Counted from the stretch's first letter, positions 9,641 to 20,669 are shown. The stretch: DNA of 64,000 bases from an uncultured delta proteobacterium (GCA_963767925.1 CAVYGB010000008.1:2048001-2112000); one strand, 5' to 3'. A program made the numbers and translations. The notes: generated by a model from the letters alone, not told the origin.

Positions 9641-12146
9641 TGCTCTGCTTCGTCCGGGACGACAAGTCCGTTCGCTGGTCGAGGCGGCGGGCGCCCTGGA
9701 TCAGCTTCCGGACGCTTTTGCCGAGGGTGCCGGGCGGTGATGGCTTCTTGTTGGCCACCCGCTTCTCAAGCAGCTTCTGACCCTCGTACGCCAGCCGGGC
9801 CGCACCCGCCAGCGGAGCCCGACCGAGGTCAAGCCGCGGATCCTTCGCAAGACCCTCCAGGAAGTCGGGGGTGAACGGCTTGCTTTGCTGCTTCGCGATC
9901 CCAGCGGCCTGGAGAAGGTCGGCCATCTCTCGCCGCTGGAGTTGGGTCCGAACAGCCGGGACCCGGGAGTCGATCAAATCGCGCAAAGCCTTGGCCATCC
10001 CCTCCGAGGGCGTGAGCTTGGGGCGCACCTGGACAGCCGCCCGCTGAGACTGAATGGACGGGGGTCGGGGCGCCAACTGCTCGGAGAGGTCGACGACTTC
10101 CTTCGCCGGGATCTTCCCCGTTTTGGACTTCGGGATAGCCGGGGTGGCCCGCAGCGGCTCTTGAGCGGCACGCTGGCGAGCGGCCTTCTGCAGGGTCTTC
10201 AAGCGGGAGAAGTCGAAGTTCAGTTTGTCGATCGCGGCCCTCTCCCCGATGAAGTCCAGGTAGTCGTTCAGCGTCCCCTTCGCCGCCCCGGCCAGGTCCC
10301 TCTGGAATGCCTGGGAAAGGCTGGGGTCAAGCTGAGAACCTGAGAATCCCTTCGCCTGGATCGTGGAGATCGTCTCCCGGAGCCTGCTCGGTCGAACGGG
10401 AACCGGGAACTCGACCAACTCCCGCAGACCGCCGTCACGAAACGCCTCCAGGGCCTTCTTTCCACCCCATTTGTCGATCGCGAAGTGAACGAACCTCATG
10501 ACCTCCCCGGCCTGAGCCTGGGACTGCGGCGCCGGGTTCTTGTCGTAGGTCCTATGAAGAGTCAGGAGGTCCTCGACGATGGTCGGAAGAGTCAGCGGGT
10601 TGGTCGCGTGGTGAGTCTTCTCGATGGATTTGTACGCCTGACCGAGCTTGGTCCCGACCTGGCTGACCGCCTTCTCCGCTGCCACGGCGTGCTTGGCGGG
10701 CTCCCGGACTGTCTTGTCCAGCCCGTAGCGCTTGGCGACGTCCACCATGTTCTTGGCGTCAGCCCCAATCTTCTCCCGGGTCTGGCCTTTCGCGCGCTCG
10801 GACATCCGGCGCAAGAGATTGTCGTCTGTCAGCGGGCGCTGTGGGACGTACCGGTCCTCGATGGCATCGATAGTTCGCTGGACAGCCCGCTGGTTCTCTG
10901 GCTTCTGGAACTGACCCTGAACCTTGCGGAGGTTGTCGATCACCTCGTTGGCGTCCATGGGCTTGGCCTTGCCCAGCGCAGTCTGGGCCGCTGCATCCGC
11001 CCGTGTGGCGGCGGCCTTCGCCGTGGCAACCTGGGAAGCCGGAGCCCTCGGATTGGTGACGATGTTCTCCGCCTTGATAACGTCGAGAGCCAGGTCGCGG
11101 TTGAGCCCGATGGGGTCCCGGATAGACTTCGCAGCGCCCCCCTTCTCGTTGGCACCGACGGCGTCACGCAGGACTCGGTTGTCTACCGCCTCTTGGGCAC
11201 GGGGCTTGGAGAACACATCCTTGAGCTTCCGGACACCCACCCTGGCCGTCTCCATCCCGACGCCAGCAGCCGCTCCCGTGGCGGCTCCGACCACCCCACC
11301 GACCGCTCCCGCCTCGGCGATCTGACCCGGGGTGGCGATCAGCCCAGGAACGTAGGTTCTCACCCCGTCCTTGGCCACCATGCCGGAGTCCTGGGCTCCG
11401 ATGCCCGTCGCAGTACCCAGCAGCGCGCCGACACCGGCCCCCGCAAGGGTCCGGACCACCGGTGTTGCCAACTTGGATGCCGTGGTCGCCAGTCCGGCAC
11501 CCGGGGCCACCAACCCTGTCACCAACTCTGATCCAGCAGCCAGGACTGGCCGGGCTGCCGCGGTTGCGCGCTGGCGTTCCCGGATGAGGTCCCGGACCCC
11601 GGTGTAGACCCGCTTTCGTTCCTGGGGGGACATCGCCGGCCCGATGTCCGGCTTCCCTCCGGTCTGGGCCATCAATGGATCGACCGCGAAGTCGGACGCA
11701 GCCGCCCCACCCCCCAGTTCGTCGGAAAGTCGGCCCGTCAGCCCCTGGGCGCCATGGACGACGATGGTCTCCAGCCTCGAAGCCTCGTTGCGGTCTCGGG
11801 AAAGCCGCTCCCGGGGGGCGTACAGCTCGTCCACACCCTGGACACGAGCCAGCATGGAATCCCGGACCTTCCCCGGCTCGGGTTGGCCGTCCGGAGGTAG
11901 CGGCGGGCTGAAGGATGAACTCGGCGGTGGGGGTGGTGCCGAATCCCTCTCCGCCTCGATTCGCTGACCAGCGGTCATCCTGGCCGGGGCCGCCGCGGTT
12001 CCTTGGAGGACTGACCGAGCACGGGCGATGGTATCCAGCCGATCCTGCTCGCGACGCTCCATAGCGTCCAGCTCGGCAGGGCTGAAGCCGGGCCCGTCCT
12101 CCAGAGCGTCCAACTCCTCAGCCGTGTATGCGCGTTGCTTTGCCAT
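9606..12146 (-). CDS. Large internal virion (DNA ejection) protein
   Basis: 846 aa, Ala/Gly-rich helices, GxxxG stretches; position after the nozzle gene. Confidence 0.65.
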   Translation of the reverse strand: MAKQRAYTAEELDALEDGPGFSPAELDAMERREQDRLDTIARARSVLQGTAAAPARMTAGQRIEAERDSAPPPPPSSSFSPPLPPDGQPEPGKVRDSMLARVQGVDELYAPRERLSRDRNEASRLETIVVHGAQGLTGRLSDELGGGAAASDFAVDPLMAQTGGKPDIGPAMSPQERKRVYTGVRDLIRERQRATAAARPVLAAGSELVTGLVAPGAGLATTASKLATPVVRTLAGAGVGALLGTATGIGAQDSGMVAKDGVRTYVPGLIATPGQIAEAGAVGGVVGAATGAAAGVGMETARVGVRKLKDVFSKPRAQEAVDNRVLRDAVGANEKGGAAKSIRDPIGLNRDLALDVIKAENIVTNPRAPASQVATAKAAATRADAAAQTALGKAKPMDANEVIDNLRKVQGQFQKPENQRAVQRTIDAIEDRYVPQRPLTDDNLLRRMSERAKGQTREKIGADAKNMVDVAKRYGLDKTVREPAKHAVAAEKAVSQVGTKLGQAYKSIEKTHHATNPLTLPTIVEDLLTLHRTYDKNPAPQSQAQAGEVMRFVHFAIDKWGGKKALEAFRDGGLRELVEFPVPVRPSRLRETISTIQAKGFSGSQLDPSLSQAFQRDLAGAAKGTLNDYLDFIGERAAIDKLNFDFSRLKTLQKAARQRAAQEPLRATPAIPKSKTGKIPAKEVVDLSEQLAPRPPSIQSQRAAVQVRPKLTPSEGMAKALRDLIDSRVPAVRTQLQRREMADLLQAAGIAKQQSKPFTPDFLEGLAKDPRLDLGRAPLAGAARLAYEGQKLLEKRVANKKPSPPGTLGKSVRKLIQGARRLDQRTDLSSRTKQSIGRQLSGEAVD

Positions 12147-13786
12147 CAGTTGACCTGTCGGTACTTGCCGTCGGGACCCATTCGGTACGTCTTGCCGCCG
12201 ATGACCCGTTCCTTGGTGCTGGAGCCCTTGGCGGCAGGTTTGCCCTTCGCCTCTTTGATCAGGTTCTTGACCGCCTCCGAGGCGGGGGCCTTCGGACCGG
12301 GGACCGGTGCCCTTTGGCTTGGCGGGGGCTGGGCCGTGCCCGGCAGGTCAAGGGTGCCAGGGTCGACGTCCATAGCCCTGGAGGCACCCTTGCGATCGAA
12401 GCCCCACCTGGCCAGAGAGCGCTCTGACTCGTCTCGCCATTGCTCTGCTGCCGCCTCGATACGCGGCACGTTGTTGAAGATGTCGTTCGGGGACACGCTG
12501 CCGGCGATCCCGTCGATCATCGCTTGTTCGGAGTCCGTGAAGCTAGCCCCGCGCCCCTTGGCCGTGGCCAGTTCCAGGCGGACGCCGTTGAGCTTCTGAA
12601 CCAGGAGTTGGCGCTTCATGGGGTCCGCGATGAACCCCGTGGGACCCAGCTTGTTCTCTTGGACGAACTGCTTGACCTCATTCAGGCGGTTCAGGACGTC
12701 TTGGCGCCCAGACACAGCGGCGCGCATCTCGTCGAGGCGCTTCTGAGCCATGGCCCCACCCCGGCCTCCGGCATTGGGGGTCTGAACCACGGTCCCTTGC
12801 CGGTTGGAGACGCTGGTCGTCCCGCCGGTGGTGGACGTGGGCGCGAAGTCCGTCGCAGCCTTGGCCTTGATGTCCGCGGCCTCGGCACGGGCCTTGGCCA
12901 CGAACTCTTGGGCTTTCGCCTCTCCCTCCGCGTTGAGCTGCCCCTTTCGTGCCGTCAGCTCGGCCTCTACCTGGCTGGCCACGGTTTCGAGGTAGCCCGC
13001 CTTCTTGAGGGGGGCGAGCTTGATTTCGTCGTCCAGGAAGTCCCGGACGCGCTTGTCGGCCCAGGTCCGAGCATCCGCTACGGCCTTGCGGGCCGTCTCC
13101 AGCTTGGTCCGACGGTCGAGATCCCACTTGTCGACAGTGTCTGAGAGCATCTCGGCGGCGGTGTTGCGCCCCGTCTTGATGGCCCCGAACGCACCCAGGA
13201 GTAGCCCGATCCCCCAGGCGACTTTTTGGCCCGTGGTGGCGTCCCCGAGGTACTTGTCGTTCTGCTTCGCAGCCTGGGCCTGAAACTCGGCCACCTGACT
13301 GTTGACGTACTTCTGACCCTCTTGCGCCAGCCGCTGCCGTTCCGCCTGGACACGCTTGGCGTCTGCGGCTTCTTGCTTGGCCACCGCGGCCTCAAGCTCC
13401 AGCTTGGCGACGTCACGGGCGGCTGCCGCCCGTTCAGCCTTGGCGCGTTCATCCGCCGCGGCAACCTTGTCGGCCTGAGCCGCGTCTTGCGCGGTCTGGG
13501 CAGCGACAACATCCGGGGTCCTCACCTTGCCGGACGTCTCGTTCTTGGAGGTCTCGCCAGTGGTGGTGGACTCTTGCTGCTGGGTCACGTCCAGCGCCTG
13601 GAGAATCCCGGCCTGGGTCGGATCGGCGGCTGGTGCGGCGTTGTCGTTCGTCGGGGGTGGGGCGGCTCCGACACCCTGCCCGGGTTCGACGTCGTAGAAC
13701 GTAGGGGCTGGAGCCGAACCGGGAACCTGGATCGGACCAGGAATATCGTCGTCCTCGAATTCCAGCGTCAGCGGATCGATCGCCAT
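12146..13786 (-). CDS. Internal virion/ejection protein
   Basis: Coiled coils plus hydrophobic segment AWGIGLLLGAFGAI; TGATG coupling. Confidence 0.65.
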   Translation of the reverse strand: MAIDPLTLEFEDDDIPGPIQVPGSAPAPTFYDVEPGQGVGAAPPPTNDNAAPAADPTQAGILQALDVTQQQESTTTGETSKNETSGKVRTPDVVAAQTAQDAAQADKVAAADERAKAERAAAARDVAKLELEAAVAKQEAADAKRVQAERQRLAQEGQKYVNSQVAEFQAQAAKQNDKYLGDATTGQKVAWGIGLLLGAFGAIKTGRNTAAEMLSDTVDKWDLDRRTKLETARKAVADARTWADKRVRDFLDDEIKLAPLKKAGYLETVASQVEAELTARKGQLNAEGEAKAQEFVAKARAEAADIKAKAATDFAPTSTTGGTTSVSNRQGTVVQTPNAGGRGGAMAQKRLDEMRAAVSGRQDVLNRLNEVKQFVQENKLGPTGFIADPMKRQLLVQKLNGVRLELATAKGRGASFTDSEQAMIDGIAGSVSPNDIFNNVPRIEAAAEQWRDESERSLARWGFDRKGASRAMDVDPGTLDLPGTAQPPPSQRAPVPGPKAPASEAVKNLIKEAKGKPAAKGSSTKERVIGGKTYRMGPDGKYRQVN

Positions 13787-15319
13787 CAGCGGCTCCCCTC
13801 CATCTTCGAGACACGTTCATCCAGGCGACCCAGGCCCATGAGAGCCAGGGCAGCCAGCCGGTGGAAGTCCAGGTTGAGAACCCCTTCCTGGTCCTCGATC
13901 ACGGCGGTCCGACCCAACTTGGATTTCTGGATGTCCTGGGCCATAGGGCCGTGGTGCCGACCCTCTCCGTGCTTCGCGGGATTCGAGTAGTCCCACTCGA
14001 AGGCGGACCTGGTGGCCTGTAGGAAGGCGTCGAGGTCTTTCCCTTCCAACTTGGCCACGTTGACCTTGACCCTTCGGTCCGAAGCCTTGGCAGCCCCACC
14101 GACGGCCTGGCCGATTCCACCCATGAACCCGCTGAGGACGCCGACCTTGTCCCAGAATCCGGGGGTGTCCTGCATGACCGCGATCCGCTCCATGACCTGG
14201 AGTTTCAGCTTCTCCAGATCCTCGGTCATGCCGAGGCGTTCAAGCTCCAACCACTGATCCCGTACGGACTTGGTGTACGCGTCGTCGAGACCGAGGGCCT
14301 TGAGATAGTTCTCAGCATCCGCTGCCGAGGCATTCTGGAGTTGAGCGGCGTTGAACCGTTCCATTTCGGAGTCCAGCGATGCCTGCAGACTCTGCAGCTT
14401 GACCTGAGCGTCCTGGTTGCCCTGATCTGCCGCAAGCTTGAGCTTCGCCCTTTCGGACAGGACACCCTGCATCCGATCGTCCGAGGCCAGATCGGCCGCC
14501 AACTTCTGGCCGGACTCCGTTGTCGCAAGTTGGATGTCCTGTCCTCGGGCGGCGGTTCCCAGGGACGCGAGTTCGCCACGGGCCTGGGCCTGCTCCTGGG
14601 CTCGGAGTTGAGCCCCCTGCGCTGCCGCGTTCTGTCGGATCTGAGCGATTTGAGTAGCCGCGGTTCGGTTAGCGGCGGCCACGGAACGACCCCGCGCGCC
14701 CGCTGCCAGGGAGAGCTGGGCGCCGGTTCCACGGGAGGCCGCCTCCCGGGACTGCAGCTCAGCAAGCGATGGCGCCTGGCCGCTGAGGGCTCCTTGGATA
14801 GACAGGGCTGCCTGGCGCTGCAGGTCAGTGAACTCGGAGGACTTGTCGAGGCTGGGCGCGGCTGTCCGGCCGGCGTAGTCCGTGGTTGGTGCCGCCACGA
14901 TCGGAGTCGCGCCAACCGAGACCGGCCCGGCCTGCGCCGCCTGCACCTTCGGCGCCTCGGTCGTCCTGGAGACCTCAGGAAGGGTCGTCGCGGTCGTCCG
15001 GGGTGAAGCAGGTGGCTGATAAGATCTCGTCTTCCAGACCGGTCCCTGCGTAGCCCCCGCCTCTCCGATCCTCGGGACGGAGTTGGTCGGCGGAGGAATC
15101 GCTGGTGTACGGCTGGATCGGAGGGGGCGGCGGCATCGGCCCGGGGTAGTTGGCGGGAACCGAAACGCCGGGGCCGTACGGAGTCCCAGCCCCACCACCT
15201 GGCGGCTTGGCCGACGTGGGAGGCGGTGGGGGAAGATCCGAACTGGCTTTGCCTCCGTGGGACTCGATCTCCAGTTGGGTCTTGCGCTTTCGGGCCTGCT
15301 CGATCTCTTCGGGCGTCAT
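13786..15319 (-). CDS. Ejection-type protein with C-terminal peptidase S74 (intramolecular chaperone) domain; split by an apparent frameshift at ~15000-15150
   Basis: ORFs 14975-15319 and 13786-15198 overlap; SDRRVKVNV..FEWDY..GPMAQD..LDERVSKME. Confidence 0.65.
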
Positions 15320-15328
15320 TCGTATTCC

Positions 15329-18241
15329 TTAGGTGGCTCGGTGTGCGGAGGGCAGCCGGGCGGACTTGCGATCCACCCCAACCTCCAGGATTAGCGCCTC
15401 AAGTCCCCATCCCGCGGTGCTGGGTGAGTCGTCACTCAGCCGGACCTTGATAGAGGTAGACCGCTGAAAATTCAGGGTGGGCCGGGCCTCCACGCGGTAT
15501 CCGTGCGCTGCGACGATGGCGGTAGAGGCCAGGGACTTGGTCTCGGTGCCCGTGCCGAACTTGTACGACGGCGTCAGGCTGATCGTGTGGGCACCGTTGA
15601 CCTGACCTAGGGCTACGATCCGGTACGTCCGCTGGTGGCCCGACAATCCGGCGAATGACAGCCACCCGGTCTCAAGAACCGCCTGGTAGGTCGATCCGGC
15701 CTCGGTCCAGACGGACGGGTCGTCATACCGGACCGCCCCACCGGAGGTCAGGTAGTGCGCCACACCGTCGACAACCCCAGCACCAACGGCAGCCTGCCCG
15801 GTGAACCAGGTCCACAACTTGTGGTGAAGGTCGTAGACCAGAGTAGTGCCAGCGGTCGTGTAAAACCGGACCTGGCGACCAACCTGGACGGCGTCAACCA
15901 CGGTCAGCCCAGCCACCACGTCCTCTACCGGGGCCCCGATGTACTCCGCCCCCGCGTCCCCCAGGATCCAGATCTGCCCGGTGGCGGAGTCCTGGAAGAA
16001 CACTCCGATCTCGGTTGACACCACCGAGACCTGAGACCGGGCGCCCAGTGGCAACTCAAGGCGGTCCGGCTGCGGGAACTCGCCAGCACCAGTGTTGTCC
16101 GGCCCTTGGCCAGTGATGGCGTAGATAGCCCCGGACTTGAAGGCCAGCAACCTGGACCCGCCATCCGCCAGGGCCACGAAGTCCCCGTACTTGTCCGTCA
16201 CCTGGATGAACTGGGTATCGCTGTGGCTGACCCCGGTGGCCTCCTCAATCAGCTTGGAGAACACCACGAACTCCCCGTCCGTGGACCAGAGCCGGTTCCC
16301 CCACAGCTCAACCGCGGTACAGGGCGAGGATGCGGTGTTGGCCAGGACGGCGTCACCGATGGTGTACAGACGCTCCTGGGTCACGAGGACGGCGTCAGAC
16401 GTGGTGTCCACGGCGACAACGGCCACGGACGACGTGTCGTTGGCCACGGTAGTGGCGCGGAAGAACTCCGCCTCGGCTGCCACCGGGGGATCGACCTCCG
16501 TCCTGTACGCGACCAGCAGAGCACCTTGGTTGGGAGCCTTCTTCAGCGTGGCGGTCAGGGACTCGACGGTCAGGTAGACTTCCTTGGGCCCCCCGGTCAC
16601 CACCGCCTCGACGGCTGCGGACGGCTCGGACTGGTGACGGCGTCCGGTCCCGTCGATCCACTCCCAGACAAACCGGTAGTAGTACGTCCCGTCCGACAGT
16701 CCCGAGGACCCGACAAGTGCGGACTCGATGAAGTGAGGCGGGCCCTCAAACCCGAGTTCGCTGACCCCCAGGCCGTCGTAGATCCGGGGCCACGAACCCG
16801 GGATCACGGTGACGCCAGCGGCCTCCAGCCACCTGGACCGGACGGACGGGTCGAAGTACACCGCACACGCCCCATACTGGGTCGAGGTGATCAGGTTGTT
16901 GGTGGCGCAGACGAACCCGGTGGATGTGGTCTGGACGGCAGGCAGAGCCGGCTGGACGTCCACCCTGGCCACCGAAGGCAGGGCCCGGCCCACCAAGGTC
17001 CCCGTGGTGGCGGACATGATGAACAGCGAGGCTCGGTCTGGCTCCCCGGTCAGTTGACCCGAGAAGCCAGCGGACACCAGGACGTACTTCACGGAGTCCG
17101 ACGTGAACACGTGAGAGGCGAGTTCCAGTCCGTAGTACGTGGCCACATCCGTGCTGACGCCCCCAGAGGTCCGGGTCAGGTAGTTTGTGGCCAGCCGGTT
17201 GTTCGACGTCCCTACCGTCGCGGTGTGCGTGACCAGGATGTGGGAGGTCCCCGACCCGTCGAGCCACCCCGTGACCCCCCGGAAGTTGGGAGTACCGGAG
17301 TACGTTTTCACAGTAGCCGAGGTGGTGAAGCTCCCGAGACCGGCTGAGGCGACCAGCAACCGCACCACGCCGGTCGTCTTCGCGGACTGGGCGATGTGGT
17401 ATCCGCCAAGAGAGTCGTAGTTCAGGATGGCGAACGACCCCTCACGATTGCCCGTATCCGCGGACTCCGTCAGCACGGCGGCGGAGGACATCGTGGAGAC
17501 GTTCCAGCGCCGTACTCTGGCCCGCTCGTCGTTCGGGGCTCCACCGTTGGCCACGAGGTACGCCAGCGTGACCTCAGACGCCGAGACCACGATGCCGTCG
17601 TAGCCTCCAGGGGAGTTGTCCGAGACCTCACGATAGTCCAGGTCGATGGTGTTGGCCGACCCAACGGTGCCGGGACTGGCCTGGGCGATCTTGCGTCCGC
17701 TGAGAACGCCGGTGTCGGAAGTGACGTACGTCAGGAGGATGTCAGTCCCGACGACAAACAGCCTCGGGATCCTGTCGTCGGGATCCGTCGTCACGACGAT
17801 TTCGGACACCACATAGGCACCGGTGGCGACGTCGCGCACGGCGTACCGGAGGCCACCCCTCGCATCGACCCAGACGTGATAGTCCAGCCCGCCGGCCCTC
17901 ACCATGTCGTGCTGGGTCTGGGCGAAGGCGGTGTTGTTGACCTGGCTGACGCTGGTGTCGAACGAGGTCAGAGACCCCCGGGAGTTGTCGGCTCCCCCGT
18001 ACCTGGAGTACAGGGTGTCGTCAGTCCCGATGATCAGCTCGTCCCCGTGGTCGTGGATGTTCCGGGCACCCGCCACTGTGGTCAGCAGAGAGGTACCGGA
18101 CCGACGATCGTAAAGACCTGTCTCGGTCATGGTGACGTTCTGGGCAACTTCGAGAGTCCCGGCGATGGTCAGCCGGTCGCTCGTCTTGGTGTCCAGCTTC
18201 GAGAGCCGAACTTCGACGGTCTGGGGGGATAGGACGCTCAT
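15329..18241 (-). CDS. Podovirus tail nozzle/hub protein (T7 gp12/P22 gp10-like)
   Basis: ~970 aa beta-propeller-like; TLVYDLHHKLW and LETGWLSF motifs; synteny. Confidence 0.7.
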   Translation of the reverse strand: MSVLSPQTVEVRLSKLDTKTSDRLTIAGTLEVAQNVTMTETGLYDRRSGTSLLTTVAGARNIHDHGDELIIGTDDTLYSRYGGADNSRGSLTSFDTSVSQVNNTAFAQTQHDMVRAGGLDYHVWVDARGGLRYAVRDVATGAYVVSEIVVTTDPDDRIPRLFVVGTDILLTYVTSDTGVLSGRKIAQASPGTVGSANTIDLDYREVSDNSPGGYDGIVVSASEVTLAYLVANGGAPNDERARVRRWNVSTMSSAAVLTESADTGNREGSFAILNYDSLGGYHIAQSAKTTGVVRLLVASAGLGSFTTSATVKTYSGTPNFRGVTGWLDGSGTSHILVTHTATVGTSNNRLATNYLTRTSGGVSTDVATYYGLELASHVFTSDSVKYVLVSAGFSGQLTGEPDRASLFIMSATTGTLVGRALPSVARVDVQPALPAVQTTSTGFVCATNNLITSTQYGACAVYFDPSVRSRWLEAAGVTVIPGSWPRIYDGLGVSELGFEGPPHFIESALVGSSGLSDGTYYYRFVWEWIDGTGRRHQSEPSAAVEAVVTGGPKEVYLTVESLTATLKKAPNQGALLVAYRTEVDPPVAAEAEFFRATTVANDTSSVAVVAVDTTSDAVLVTQERLYTIGDAVLANTASSPCTAVELWGNRLWSTDGEFVVFSKLIEEATGVSHSDTQFIQVTDKYGDFVALADGGSRLLAFKSGAIYAITGQGPDNTGAGEFPQPDRLELPLGARSQVSVVSTEIGVFFQDSATGQIWILGDAGAEYIGAPVEDVVAGLTVVDAVQVGRQVRFYTTAGTTLVYDLHHKLWTWFTGQAAVGAGVVDGVAHYLTSGGAVRYDDPSVWTEAGSTYQAVLETGWLSFAGLSGHQRTYRIVALGQVNGAHTISLTPSYKFGTGTETKSLASTAIVAAHGYRVEARPTLNFQRSTSIKVRLSDDSPSTAGWGLEALILEVGVDRKSARLPSAHRAT

Positions 18242-18242
18242 G

Positions 18243-19292
18243 TTATGGCACGACGTAAAGGGGTCGTTCGGTTGTCGCACCGGTGGCCGACCGGCGTTCA
18301 GCGACCACCAGGTAGTGAACGCTCGTGAGGTTGGAAGCCGAGGTCTGCTGGATCTCTCCAGTGACACTGATCGTGGACTCCATGATCGAGCCACCGGACC
18401 CGATCGTGCCGAGGGTGGGGCCGAGGCCGAGGACGACCCGCACGACATCACCGGCGACGAGCTGAGCCGCTGTGATGGGGCCAGCACCGCTCCGTCCCCG
18501 AATGGTGTCCAGGATCAGGACGGACCCGACGTTGGCCGCGGGTCCCATCATCACGCGTCGAAAGGCTCGGGAGCCACTGACGCTACAGTCGATTGAGAGC
18601 GCGGTACTCAGCGGAAGGAGAGTCGACACGATGTCCACTTTCAAGGGGACCACCGGGACAAGGGTCCCGTCCGTGATCTCGACTTGCCAGAAGTTGGCGG
18701 TTGGGACGCTCGATTCCCAATGAGAGCGGAGCTTGATGTCCCGATTGGTTCCGTACGTGTAGTTCCCGTCGGCTCCGGAGCCACCCCCGGAGTTGGCCAC
18801 CCCAGACCGGACGTCGAGACCCGCATTGATGTGAGCGCCCGCGACAACAAACGTGGTCCCGTCGAAGGTCAGAGTGTTGACGCTCGCCAGCGACGTGGCG
18901 CCAGACCAAATCGCCACCTCGTTCACGGTCCCGCTGCCACTGATACCGGCGGAACCAGAGGCAGCGGTGGTCAGCCTGCCCTTGGCATCCACCGTCAGGT
19001 TGGCGTTGGTGTACGAACCCGGTGTCACGGTTGTGTTGGGAAGGTCGGCGTCTGCGATGCCGGAAACCGTCAGGGCAGTCGTCCGTCCCTTGGCGTCCAT
19101 CGTGACCGAGCGGACGAAGCTGGACCCCCCGCCGTACGCCCCGGCTCCGGGACCCAGGTCGGGGAGCAACGAGTCCACCACCTGGAGCCGCTTGTCGAGG
19201 GCGTTGTGAGCGTCGATGACCCGGAGGAGTGCCTTCGGCAGCTCTTGCCGCTGCTCTTGGACGGTCAGTCGTGGGCGTTGAACCTGCGCCAT
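18243..19292 (-). CDS. Tail fibre-like protein
   Basis: Two VDAKGR-type repeats (SVTMDAKGRTT; GSYTNANLTVDAKGRLTTA); G/S/T-rich. Confidence 0.6.
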   Translation of the reverse strand: MAQVQRPRLTVQEQRQELPKALLRVIDAHNALDKRLQVVDSLLPDLGPGAGAYGGGSSFVRSVTMDAKGRTTALTVSGIADADLPNTTVTPGSYTNANLTVDAKGRLTTAASGSAGISGSGTVNEVAIWSGATSLASVNTLTFDGTTFVVAGAHINAGLDVRSGVANSGGGSGADGNYTYGTNRDIKLRSHWESSVPTANFWQVEITDGTLVPVVPLKVDIVSTLLPLSTALSIDCSVSGSRAFRRVMMGPAANVGSVLILDTIRGRSGAGPITAAQLVAGDVVRVVLGLGPTLGTIGSGGSIMESTISVTGEIQQTSASNLTSVHYLVVAERRSATGATTERPLYVVP

Positions 19293-19948
19293 CAGAACGG
19301 CTCGGGGTCGTACCCCTCAAGCTGTCGCAGGTGCCGCCGGCCCCGAACATCGCGGACCTTCTGTGGCTCCCCCTGGTCCCGGCCCTTGGCTGCCCCTTCA
19401 ATCCGCTGGCGGATACGCTCCGCGCGAGCCGTCAGGGACGAGCCGTCCTGCTGCTGCAGCTCCTTGACCCGGGCAGCGGCGTTCAGGACGGCGAGCTGAT
19501 GCCAGTTGTTGGGTACCGTGAAGTCGTCGTCGTCCGCCGAAAGGTTGACGTAGTGCGGGACGTAGAACAGACGATAGGCTCCGGGAGCTACATCCGCGGG
19601 TCGGATCTCGAGATTGGTTCCAATGATGGCGTACGACTTCCGCATCCCCCGACGGTTCCGATCGCCCCAGTTGAACCGAGGCAGATCCCGCGGGTGGGTG
19701 GCGTACGCCAGATCCTCAACCCCCTTGGCCTTGAGGAAGTCCACCGGCAGGGGTACGGAAGACGACCCGGAGGAGATCAGGAGCGTCCCGGTAGGGACGA
19801 CGAAGTACTCCTCAAACGAGGCAACCAGCAGGTCGTACAGATCTGCCAGGCACTCGTTGAGGATGGAGTCCACCGTAGCAGAGTCCACCACCCCAGTAGA
19901 GTCCGCCTCGGCCAGGACGGCCGTCCTCATGGTGACGAGAAGAGGCAT
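19292..19948 (-). CDS. Head-tail adaptor protein
   Basis: Helical N-terminus, VPLPVDFL..LEIRPAD..RLFYVP pattern; synteny. Confidence 0.7.
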   Translation of the reverse strand: MPLLVTMRTAVLAEADSTGVVDSATVDSILNECLADLYDLLVASFEEYFVVPTGTLLISSGSSSVPLPVDFLKAKGVEDLAYATHPRDLPRFNWGDRNRRGMRKSYAIIGTNLEIRPADVAPGAYRLFYVPHYVNLSADDDDFTVPNNWHQLAVLNAAARVKELQQQDGSSLTARAERIRQRIEGAAKGRDQGEPQKVRDVRGRRHLRQLEGYDPEPF

Positions 19949-20008
19949 CAGGCTCCCCCCGTGCTCTCTTGGCTGTGGCGCTTGGGCATCTGCTCTCCTG
20001 AAAGACGA

Positions 20009-20047
20009 AGGGCCGGCCGACGGTTACAAGGCGTCCGACCGGCCCTC
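20009..20047 (-). terminator. Hairpin, possible terminator/attenuator between head and tail genes
   Basis: GGGCCGG...CCGGCCC stem followed on the minus strand by a short pyrimidine run. Confidence 0.4.
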
Positions 20048-20067
20048 GGGTGGGGTTGAGTGTTTCG

Positions 20068-20274
20068 CTACTTGGCGCAGAGCCGAGACGCCTCTTTGAA
20101 GGCTTCAGCCATCCCAGTGACGTCCTTCTTGGCAGCGGCCTCCAGGAAGGCGGTCATCTCTTCCTCAAGGTCGGCCCCGTAGTCCTCCCCCTTCGAGGAC
20201 TTGCCGAAAGGGTTGCCCCCCTCCCCGTCCTCTTCCCCGTAGAGCCCGAGGGCCTTCTCTGCCAGCCCGCGCAT
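20068..20274 (-). CDS. Small acidic phage protein
   Basis: TGATG-coupled; 68 aa. Confidence 0.55.
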   Translation of the reverse strand: MRGLAEKALGLYGEEDGEGGNPFGKSSKGEDYGADLEEEMTAFLEAAAKKDVTGMAEAFKEASRLCAK

Positions 20275-20669
20275 CACGCCTGCCCCGTGTTGACGACCAC
20301 CACGAACCGCAGTACGGCCCCGTCTTCGACCTCGGCATCCGCTCCGGCGGCGGCATCCGTCGGGACGATCGTGAACTGCATGAAGGCGACCTTGCCCGCG
20401 GCATCCACTCCACGAAGGGTGCATGCGACCCCCTTGGCCTGGACGGCAGCGGTATCCGCCGACAACTGAACCACTCCGTGGGCGTATTCAATCGTCTGGT
20501 ACTTCTCGGCCAGCGTGATGGTGTACCGCCCGGTCTCGGTCGCAGTCTTGGTGACGGTGAATCCGTCACAATCCTGGGACCCGACGGTCCCCGAGGTCGT
20601 GGTGGTCACGATCCCGCTCAGGATGTCCTTGTTGGACCCCACCGTCCGAACGCGCTTGTTGATTGCCAT
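20274..20669 (-). CDS. Putative capsid decoration/head fibre protein
   Basis: AAGGA RBS; T/V-rich with TGRYTITL; follows the major capsid gene. Confidence 0.55.
   Translation of the reverse strand: MAINKRVRTVGSNKDILSGIVTTTTSGTVGSQDCDGFTVTKTATETGRYTITLAEKYQTIEYAHGVVQLSADTAAVQAKGVACTLRGVDAAGKVAFMQFTIVPTDAAAGADAEVEDGAVLRFVVVVNTGQA

Noticed and set aside
18243..19292. Diversity-generating retroelement or invertible tail-fibre cassette
   Set aside because: No reverse transcriptase, invertase or TR/VR repeat pair seen
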